Source: Takakia lepidozioides
Taxonomy: Eukaryota; Plantae; Bryophyta
Reading direction: 5' to 3'
NCBI GenBank assembly: GCA_030704615.1
Contig: CM060731.1
Coordinates: forward strand, 21,328,001-21,392,000
Length of the DNA: 64,000 bases
Shown: one piece after another, positions 37,031 through 47,775 of the stretch
Layout: each line of letters begins with the position of its first letter
Numbering within the stretch: the stretch's first letter is position 1
Notes under the pieces: generated by a model
Told to the model about the DNA's origin: nothing
Seen by the model: only the letters and a program-made list of their open reading frames with translations
Databases searched by the model: none
Position numbers and translations under genes: made by a program

Positions 37031-38462
37031 CTGGATGCTTCAGCTATTGTCCTGCTTCCACAGTGCCTCATTAGCACTCTTTCTTGGAAATCTGGCACTC
37101 CTGCACCCACACATCATCCCTGCCTCCTTCAGCTCTTCCGTTCCTCCATAAAAGCAAGTGCAGAGATACTCCCCGGCAAGTAGCTGGCAATCCCAACCCA
37201 TAATTTAAGTAGGAAACCAGCACTAGTTCGTACTGCAAAATTCAAAATGATACATGAGAGGGAGGAGGGGAGAGAATATGTCCTTGCAAGCATTAGCTAC
37301 GGCATACCCTTGCACGACAACCCCTAAATTTCCCAGGGTCGATCCTGGGTTTCAACCCACCATGGTATGGAAAAGGACCAAAATTGACATCCTCCCCACG
37401 CACAGTCAATGAAACCATGTCATCACGGAGGATGGAGTCTTGATTTCAGGCATGTGTTACAACACTCCAGGTTCAGAGTATATATGATACGTGAGACTTG
37501 TATCGTTGCAACGCCAGTTGCACCTCAAGCTGAAGTGCTAAGTACTTCTTCCGCCCGTCTTTCCAATGGCTTCATCCCCGACGCTGCTAGAAATGTGATA
37601 CATCTGAATGAGGTTGAGCAATCACGGGGAATTGAGTGTTGTTACATTCTCCGCCATTCCCCCACATACTATAAAGCATGAGGTGAATTCAGCACTGCTC
37701 ATGTCCTACTGTAGCTTGCAAAATGTATGACACATGCCACGGTGATCACGCTTCCCATCACAGTACTGAGCGAAGGGCCCGCAACGAGAGAGAGAGAGAG
37801 ACACAGATTAGGGCTGAGCATTCATGACTCCGGACATTGAACTACGGTAAGAAAAGCCTTCATCCCTCTGTGGATTCGTAACGGTAATAACGGTGGGTAG
37901 TTGGGTTTCGGGGCCTCGTGATACACCGCGTGAGTCTGCCGATCCCTCTCATCCGGACCTTGTTTCTTTCCATGGCGGCGCCCCCAAACCGTAGAGAAGA
38001 AGAACACAAGAACCCACGAGAGAGCGAGAGAGACATAGAGAGATTGTTCGTTGCTGCAGCGCGGAAATCAATGTTCTATTTCGTCAACCAGAGCTCTGGG
38101 GCATTTCTGGGCTGATTAGTCCCTACCATGACTCCCTCAGACAACACGAGCAGGGACTGAGAAAGTATGCTCAGTCTCAGGCTTTCTCATCCGTTGCGCA
38201 ATACAAACCCTCTTTTGGTGTCGTCACAGTCTCAGTACGGTTTCTTTCACTCTCCTGTGGAGGGAGAGGCATGGTGGAGATGGCGGAGAGGGAGGCAGTT
38301 AGTGGACATACCTTGTTGAGTGTTGATTTGTTCACGAGGGTGGCAAGTGAGTATTTAGTGTGCCATAAGACAGTGGGAGCAGACAATGGAAGGTATGTGG
38401 AAAACTCAAAGGCAGACATGCTAGAATCCGTTTAGAGGAGAGAGGGAGTAGTAGAAAACAGG

Positions 38463-41400
38463 ATGGAGAAAGTGAATCCCAAGGACCGGGTGGAAGGATT
38501 TGTGCGACCATTTGATGTGCCAGACTGGAGAAATGAGGAACTAAACCTCTTTTTGACTTTGAGCAGAGCGACTGACACTGCGCCACCACAGCCACCAAGA
38601 GCTCCTTACATAGACCCTTATGACGACCCGTACCCTCTTTTCAGGAAGGTCCCACGAAAACCAGGACCGCCTCCGAAAGTAGTCAAAATTCCTCATGTTT
38701 TACCCAAGCATCTGATTTATTTGGACCCAAAGCCCATGCAGGGAATGGTAAGGGATGCGATAAGGGCATACAGAGATCATCCTTCTTACACACTTACAAC
38801 AGACGCAAGAGATTATCAGGAGGTATCAGCATGCTTTCAGTTGCGGTGCGCTATTGTTCAGTGGCCTGACAAGTGAGTACCATTTCTGACATGGTTTCTT
38901 GCGCACTGTGATTGAGTAAATCTGACGAAGAACTAATCCAACATTTGTGTTGCAGGCATATGGGAAAAATCCAGGATGCAGACTACAAAAGCTTGGTGGA
39001 ATTGGCCGCAAAACATCTGACTCTCGATGATTGTCCAGCGCAAGAAACAGTCCAGTTGCAGGTCGACCCTGATAGCCTTTGCTTGGGAACTTGAAATTTC
39101 TTCTATTTCTCATGTTTAAATGGAGGACAACACATCCATATATCATACCAATCTGACCTGAGGCATGTGTCTCATAAACAATCGCAATCTAAAGTGGCAC
39201 ATGCACCATGTGGGCTTCACAACAGCCATGTACTTGAAGATGCCTGGGCTTCACTTCTATCTTCTTGCTTGCAGGTTACTGCCCAGGCTGCATTCCACTT
39301 TGCAATCAAAGAGATGGAAGATGATTCAGACAATAAGAGACAGACTTTGGATAAGCTCATGCAGATAATCATGGACACCAAGGTGTCTCCGACCACCTAC
39401 TCACATGCAATTGTCTCTCTTCCCCACCCGGTCCCCTATCTCCCTTTTGCATTTAATCCTTGCTTCATCCAAAGTCCTCCCACCCCTTTCTCTGCTTTCC
39501 GTGGACGTTATGAAGCACCATTTCATTTCATTTCATTCCTTTCATTTCTGTTCCTTTTCAGAGGCCCAGGCAATGGGTGAAATTACTGCACTACATGTGT
39601 GATTAGTTTAACAGAAAGTCTTGATTAGCCATAAGAATTGCCCCACATCAAGTAGATCTCAGTGACCACAAGCCTCACTGACCTGTCCAACAACAGATCA
39701 AAGGTCGCTGCAATGTACCAAATAAGACACAGGGCCACTTCAGGTGGTGGACATCCGAAAGTACTATGAAACAGTTGAAGTCATGCGAGAGCGAGTCATG
39801 CACTACATGATGGAGTATAATCAACAACTGGATCCTTTCACTATCACAGATGAGGCTGTGGAAATTAATGAAGCTGAGCTCTCCACAGCTCTTGAGAGTG
39901 TGTTTCCAAGAAAAGGATTTCTGCATTGGATGGACATGTCCAATGAAGAAAAGGTGCTACAAATACAAGAATTGGCTGATGTTGTCCTGGGTGTCCGCAT
40001 TTTTAACAAGTAAGAGCTTACCTCAGTCAAAGCAATGAACACAAATTGACTTTGTCATTCTATATCTCAATGCTCTACCTCCAGAGTTCAGATCTGAATA
40101 AAGAGATGAGAATGCATACATGGAGGGTCACAGAGTGAGGGTCCTCAGCAACTGATTTGTCAAACCTGTGCCCTCATTTGTAATAACAAATGTCAATGAA
40201 GAGAAGAATGACATCATAAACATCCAACAGATGGCCCAGTGGTAAGGGTGCAAATCTGCTTGGTTATGGCCATCGGAAGGTGTGCAGTAGCCCTTTACCA
40301 GGTGAATAATCTACACTTGCTTTGGCACAAGGCCATCTGTTTTGGCATCTTGTGCCAGGCCAAGCTTGCGTTATCACTACTTGGAGACTCAAATGACCAC
40401 TTCCCCCCTAGCCCTGTGGAGGGAGTAGAACTTGTCCCTCTGTCTGCTCTTCATTTCTAATAATGCTGTAACTAGAACCACGATAGTTTGTCTGTGCTGG
40501 TGGGCAGATATATGGGGAAAGGGGGATCCACTCTACAGCTTCCCTTTGAGCCATATGAGACGGAGGCAGTGGAACTTGGCAATCAGGTGCATGAAGCAAT
40601 AATGAAAGTGCATGAAAGGATAGATGGCTTCTCAAAGGGCATTATGATCTACTATGATGAAATGGGGACCAATCATATGTTCATTAAGCGATTGAGAGAT
40701 GAGCTTGCCTACCACTATCAGGTGAAGAGCTGCACTTGCTACACTGTGAGTGGGGAGAATTCAATAGCTGCTAAAGCAAAACACACAAATTATAAGAGGG
40801 GAATTCTCAGTCAACCAGGATGAGGATTATGACTGCCAAGTTTATGGCATCTGTGTAATTGCAAAGCAGATTCTTACATTTCTCTCTCAAAGTCAAGCCC
40901 ATCCATGCAACACGGAGCTGGCTCCATGGTCACTCTTGATCAAGAGTCCACAATTACACATTTTAAGAGGTTGAAACTGATGACACTCTCTTTGTGAAAC
41001 TATGAGTATCCAGGCAGGAGTCTATCTGGAGACCTTCAACAGATTTCTGTATGAAAGACATGAAGTGGTCTCTGAGCTTCTGGACAAGTGCGCTCAACAC
41101 CTTGAAACCATCATCGAGATAATCGGCGATTATAAGTGCATCCCCAGTGACATGGTATGGATAGTCTCTGAAATCTCATTTCACCCTGTCTCTAAATCCT
41201 TCAAGAAAGCATTTTCCTCAGCCTGGACAGTATCTAGGAACTCCCTGACCCTAGTCAAGGCCATGTCTTCATCTCTGGGTTCAGCTCAGGCCCCTCTCAG
41301 GAAATGTACATGTTGGAAAATGTATGAAAAAATGAGATTGCACTGTTCCATTGAAGCCATAAAGCGAGGGGTGTCAACTCCAGCATGCATACGTGAAGAA

Positions 41401-44400
41401 AGAAAGAATATCATTTGAAGGGCAGTCATCACTTGACGGAAGAATAATATAAGACGACCATGTGGAAAATAATTACATACAGATAATACAGCAATGTGCC
41501 CTGTACCATCAGTAAACACCCCCTTTCAGAAGTTCTCAGGTTTTCGATTCATCATGAACCTAGACATACTCTTCATTATCCACTTCCAACAGATCATCCT
41601 ACGGGTGTGAAGATACTGGAGGTGATTGTGGACCAAATCCACTCGTAGCCTATCTCAGGGATAACAGTATATGATCCCAGCCATTGCCAACGGGCCTGGA
41701 AAGAACTTGCACTGTACTAAAATGCGCTGCTTTTTCCAATCACTTGAAAAGGGAGAGGTATTCCCAGCTGAGCCGTTTAAGGCACCTGATATGGAAAAAG
41801 ATCTACTTACTACAAAGTGTATGGGGTCATGAGCAGGTGTTTCCAGAATTGCGAGCAGTAGGAGAGATTCAAACTACTATAGCCAAGGAGCACCGAAGCC
41901 TGCAGGCACGCATCAAAGCAGCTGCGCCATTGCTGTCACTGACTTTTGAGCCATTCTTCAGATTATCTCCCATCACAGAGAAACGGCTGGCAATCAAGCA
42001 AAAGAATTTCCTCTTCTTACCTCGGGACCCACCTTTTGAGGATGACACTGAGTATTGTTCTCTCGCTATTCCCCTCTTTTGCAGTCCACTCATTGTGTAG
42101 CCCTATTTAAACTGAAGAGTCTGTTCATACTTAGTATCTCTGCACACACGAGCATTGCTGTTATGCACACAAGAACACATGCAGTCCACAACTCCACTCT
42201 TGAGTATCCTTCCGGTTCCAAACATCCTTCATCTCAACATAAGTGGGTATCCTTACAGGGGAGCCATCAATGAATGTCAATATACAGGCTCCTTCCTCTG
42301 AGATCATGCATTCTGACCAAGTGTCTCAATGCTCTTCTCATATACGTTTTCAGTTTTATGTTTGATTTACTAACACCTTGGTCTGAGCATGACAAAAGGT
42401 TATCAATATATGTTCCTGATTGAAGTATGATAATCTGTTAGATACAAGGGCAAACTTTGCCACCTTGAGAAAGACTTGGGCAGACTTCTACTGAACAGTC
42501 CTGTTCTGCACCTGTTCTCAGACACAAATCCATCTACAGAACCAACCATGGGCCTTAGACCTTTTGACAATGTCTTTCTGTTATTGAGGTATTCGTTTGA
42601 CGATCCTCAGTTATTGAACTTCCCCCTTAAAGCTACAGGAAGCATTCATCTATCCATTGCAGTGACTCATATCCATGATGGGAGCAATTTGGGAAGGTAC
42701 CAAGAGGAGAAAGTTCAACCCCCCATCATCATCGAGGGCGACAAAATCCACGACATTTTGATGAACGGACCAGCCCTTGAGCTTGGTGGGTTCTGTCCAG
42801 TTTGTTTTGTCAGAAACCAGGGCATACTATGGAAGGGCGACCTTTCAATCGGCCTCGTACAAACACATGATTTGAAAGTATTTGCTTTTGGTGACCATGA
42901 CTCACAAGACAGGTACTCTCCCAATACAGCTCTCTGGTGACAACATTTATCTGCAGTGTTAGGACAACTTTGCTAGAGACCTGAATGGTACCTATATGAC
43001 TGGATACAACAGGAAACAGGAAGGGAACAAATCTAGTATTGATTTGGGAAACCTGTATTTGGCAGCTGAGGGTGACATACCACTTAAGGATACACTGCAA
43101 TTATACATACAAGGAGAAAGAGATCTGAGGGTTAAGTTTACTTTTAGCAATCAAATGATGTGCACAAGAAAGTATGAAAGAACCTGACATGGTTAGGGTT
43201 GACCTGATGCATTCTGATGACAACATCTGTAAGATTAATGTATGCTCCCAAGTCACACTGAAGGGTGAACTCTATTCCAAAGTCTGGAATCAGGCACTCA
43301 TGTAAGGACCTACAACTCCTAGGATAACGGGAAAGTGCAGCTAGTCTCTAGGGGGAAGCACCTCTCTCTCTTACAGCAACTGCATATTTCATATTGAACT
43401 CCAGACCGATGCCTGACACTGAGGTCTGCTTTTGGTCTGCATTTTTCAATGACATTTTGACAGATGAAAGGCCTCCACCACCTTTTTCTATGGTCCTCAA
43501 TGTGCTCTCTTGTCATCCCTCCACACTATCTCTGCACCAGTCAAAGAGGGCACTGAGGTCTATGCCCAAAGGCTCTGATAAACAAAATTAATGAGCAACT
43601 GTCTCTCCTACACCATTTCACATTTGTCTGCAGATTTGTGATGGCTCCATGCAAGTATATCGCAGATTTACAACAGTTGGTGCGGGAAATGCCACAATTT
43701 GTGCACATTATGAACCTGCATACAGCACCTGCATTTAACTATCTGTCAATTCCAAAGGCATGTGATTCTTTCCTCTTGAGCATGTCGAGTTACAGTCATC
43801 TCTCTCTCTCTCTCTCTCTCTCAGGATCAATGGGGCAAAAGGCTCCGGCAAATAAGTACATTATCTCTTTCTTTTGTGCAAGGGAAAGGGAAAACACGAA
43901 GAACAGCTCTAAATCCAGAATCTTGCATAGGATCCTCAAGAGACTCCATCAATTGACAGGGTGAAATCTGCTGCTAGGTTCAAAATTCACAGCTGCCTTG
44001 GCAATCACCCAGAGAATCAAATATACCCAAGACTGTTATCCCTTGTTTCCAGTTTATCAGACATAGTTTCTAACTACATTCACAACTAATCCAAAAGAAG
44101 TGAAGAGATGCCAGTGGGCTTGCAACAGATATTGCAATCAGACATGATTAATGAGCCTGTGCCCAAGGACTTCTCCACACAAACAATAGTCCATCCATGG
44201 GTTCCAACATGCGATGAGGAGAAACTCCTTAAGAGGTACTTCCCTAGTTGGCTACATTTCCTTAATCTGGTAAGCCTCTGTTAGTGATGATTTATACTAC
44301 CTTGAGCATAGTTCTTCCTCGCACACCCCACAGCAAGCACTAAGATTCAAAAGAAAATGGTATCTCCAAGTGTTGAGAGTCTCCAGACGATGCGACCTGA

Positions 44401-46249
44401 CACCTTTCTAAAGCCCATAAAAGAGGGTGTCAGCAAAATAATCTAGATGACTGGGACTTTCTCTTCAGGCAAATTATTCGAGATCAAAGGTAGTCGTGCT
44501 CTTCCTTTTTCTCCTTTGCTCAGTGAAAAACAATTAAAACGATGTATGAGAAAGGGATGAAAGGACAGATACGTGATTATGTTGCAAGATGTTTTCCTTG
44601 TCAGGTATCAGAAGTTGAAAAAGTTAAATCTTCCAAGGAGATATTGTGCCAGAAATGCTTTCCTAAACTTATCCCCCTGGAGATTTAACTTTTTCAACTT
44701 TTGAGACCTGACAAGGAAAACATCTTGCAACATAACCACGTATCTGTCCTTTCATCCCTTTCTCATACCAATGTTTTAATTGTTTTCCACTGAGCAAAGG
44801 AGAAAAAGGAAGAGCACGACTACCTTTGATCTCGAATAATTTGCCTGAAGAGAAAGTTCCACTCATCTAGCAAGATATTTGCTGTTATTTGCAAGTTCCA
44901 GTCTAACTTGTGCCCTACCATCTAAACCCCATCTCACCTTGAATCCACTATTTAGACCGGCAGGAAATAGTGGGCACAGGCTTTCCATGTGCACACCAGA
45001 ATCTTGCCATGTAGGGTTTTAGCCCAAATAGCTGGTGGGGGGGAGGCACCCACCAGCGAAGATGGTTTTCCAGGAGTGGGTGAGTGGGTAAGTTGGTTTC
45101 GATACCTCCTCACTGATTATTATCTAGAATACTCGTTTGAGTGGGTGTAGATGGAAAGGCACCCTAAGAAGGTCGAGATCCCCCACTTCCTACTTTGTCC
45201 AAACCACCCACAGGGTCGCAAGACAATGGCAGACAAAGGTGAATGCGTATATTCGCTATCCAACAGACCTTTTTGGTTGTCACTTCCCTTTATTCTACCC
45301 ACGTAGCGTTTTCTACTGAGAACACCCCAGCACTTTCAAGGCTCTCCTAGGGGAAAAAACAGGCTGACTATCAACCATTGGCAAATTGAAGGGTCAAGAG
45401 GTAAAAAAACCATGGGAGGGGGCTGCCTGTGGCAGGACAGTATTTAGCATTGCAGGTGAGATCTGGTCAAGGTGGCCACCAATACTAATGGATGACCATA
45501 CTCTTGGAATTGAAAGATTTGCTCGTCTTGGAGTACCACCGTCTAACTGGTGGAGGGTAATCTTATCATTGACATGGTGGTGCAGGAAATTGGAGCTGGA
45601 AAACAAGAGAACCCATTGCACCCAAACAATTCTCAGCCATTTCAGACGAGAAAATTTCACACAGGTAGGACACTTTAGCTGGCCAAAGTCACTAATCATC
45701 CCTTCATTCCATGTTATAATCAGCCAGGGTGTGGGAGACTTGAAATCTTGTTGCTAAGAGATAGCTAAGCTATCTGGTTCGTCATCCTCATAAGGAAACA
45801 ATATTGTCGGCATTCACCCGTCTCTTCCCACTCATGAGTTTTGAAGTTAAATTCCCCACCTGGAGCAATGAATGATAGTAGCCCATTCTGATTTCTTCTA
45901 CACTCCCATCCCCTCCGCACTTTTCAGCTCCCTCGAAACTGGACACCGGCTCCATGGCTGCCATGCATGATAAGTACATCTTGGTTCACCAGTGTGGAGA
46001 TACACAAATCCTGAAGGGTTTGACAAATCATAATCTGGGCTGCAGGTGTGGCCACCAAAAGACAAATGGACACAGTCAGGTATTTCAAGGTTCACAAATC
46101 AACCACGCCATGTGAGAGTTCTCCACAATTTGCGGGGAGATATGCACACTCGTATGCACACCTGCAAGACAAAGTATGAACATATATCCACCTACAATCC
46201 TTTTGCAGCAGTACCCCCGCACGACCCCATCACTGAGCCTCACTGTTAA
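38463..46249 (+). CDS. CFAP206: Cilia- and flagella-associated protein 206, multi-exon
   Basis: ELSTALESVFP...ELADVVLGVRIFNK|..GKGG, LELGGFCPVCFVRNQGILWKG, FSTQT..HP and SHFRRENFTQ|VWPPKDKWTQSG, in the order expected for CFAP206/C6orf165. Confidence 0.82.
39494..39547 (+). repeat. Family-A 3' end with (CATTT)n tail
   Basis: gctttccgtggacgttatgaagcaccatttcatttcatttcattcc. Confidence 0.65.
40226..40330 (+). mobile_element. Internally deleted tRNA-derived SINE (family C)
   Basis: A-box-like aacagatggcccagtggtaaggg and a 3' ggaagg...gcagtagccctt segment shared with 48908-49212. Confidence 0.55.
44443..44870. repeat. Long inverted repeat (~200-bp arms, ~26-nt loop) derived from the Ty3/gypsy integrase zinc finger
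   Basis: 44443-44643 is the reverse complement of 44670-44870 with about a dozen mismatches/indels. The arm encodes KGMKGQIRGYVARCFPCQVSKVEK. Confidence 0.92.
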
Positions 46250-47177
46250 GCGAAACGGAAATATTTCTATGTTGTTGAGCACATCTAACTCAACCATCAT
46301 ATCTTAACATGTCAATAAGGAAATGACCTTCAACAAATGTCCTAACATACAGAAACTCTAACAGATCCTCGATCTACTAACATCTACCCATTACAACACA
46401 GCTGGATGGTAGGAATAATCTACCTTTGGGGAGGTAGATTGCACAAATGCAAATGATGCCAACTCACGAAGTTTAATAAATTTGTGAACATCTTACAGGC
46501 ATATCACCACCCCTCTAGGAGTGCCAAAAATCCTAACCAAAGCTTTTGTGATTTGAAGTACTTTTCTACTCATGTCAAGTGGTGGTTACTTTTAAAAAGC
46601 CACATAAAGTAAAGAAAGCAAGGCATTTTTATTTTCCATTTCTTCAATGAAGGTTGGGTGATTGGGTTGTCCCCGTTACAATGTGATACCAAAAATGCAG
46701 TGACTCCAGAGTCTGTCTTGTAGGGGTTAAGCCAATGGGCTCAAAGGGAAATCAAGCTCACAACATGTCCCTATCTCCAGCCTACAACACATCAAGCTCA
46801 CCTGGTGGAACAAAAGTTCGTTGCCATCAAGCAACGTGCCAAGGTGGCTTCAGCTGCAGCCGCGGGGCTAGAGATGAACTCATTACCCTGCGGCCATGGC
46901 TCCACGCCTAGTTTGGACGGAGCAAACATGTTTAAACTTCTAGGGTTGGCCATAGCCGAGATGAAGTTAACCTTGCATGAGGGAATGTAGCCCCTTGAAA
47001 TTGTATGAAGCTACCCTACCTCATTGATATCCTACAAAACCCCATTTGCAAGATTGAGATTCCACTCCAGCTGGTCACAATTGCCATCTGAGGTTTACTG
47101 ACGAGAGAGAGAAGAGGGATCCTTTCTGCAGGAAAAAGAGGGGAAACTCACACCAGCTATAGACATCAGTCAAGCAC

Positions 47178-47470
47178 CAACAAATGGCCCATTGATTAGG
47201 ACATACGGGCACATTGAAAGGGTCATAAGATGTCACCCATTATAGCAAACCCCACTAAAGGGGTCGCTCAGTCACCCGTTCATCTCTATTGACTCCTTAT
47301 AAAGGGGTCACTCAGTCACCCATTCATCTCTATTGACTCCTTAGGGAGGTTGGGACAACAATGGTGCCCCACTCACAGCCACTAGAAGGTGTCCAACCGT
47401 GTCCAACCCAAATGGAGGGAAGCAGCCCTTGAGGGACACATGGTAATTCATACTTGGTTAGACAAGAGTC
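47178..47470 (+). mobile_element. Degenerate tRNA-derived SINE (family C) with an internal 44-bp tandem duplication
   Basis: aacaaatggcccattgattagg head. gatgtcacccattatagc and gtgtcca...caaatgga...gcagccctt are shared with the 48908 copy. Confidence 0.6.
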
Positions 47471-47775
47471 CCCCACTTTCTTTGTAGACATTGGTCCAAT
47501 GAGCTTAAATCAGCACGCACGTAGTTTACCGCCAACTTGAATTCAACAAACCTGAATACCTTAATTAAGATGATGTTCTAGTTCTCAGTAAAGTCAAGGT
47601 CTCTACAATCTTTCATTGTCTCAATCAAAGAAGAACCCCCTCCCCAGACTACAAAGTGGGTGTCTGGCACAAGAACTACGTCTACAAATCTCATGTGTAA
47701 GAGCATCTCCAACCCAAAGCAAAGATTTCTTACCAGCATTCTGATTGGAGTTGTCATTTCTGAGGTGACCACATC

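Noticed and set aside
42204-42256. U12-type GTATCCTT donor-like motifs in a CFAP206 intron
   Set aside because: The flanking exons already join in phase through ordinary GT-AG sites, and no U12 branch point was identified.
45000-45980. Possible LINE zf-RVT / RNase H-like relics in CFAP206 introns
   Set aside because: Motifs are too degenerate to call by eye.
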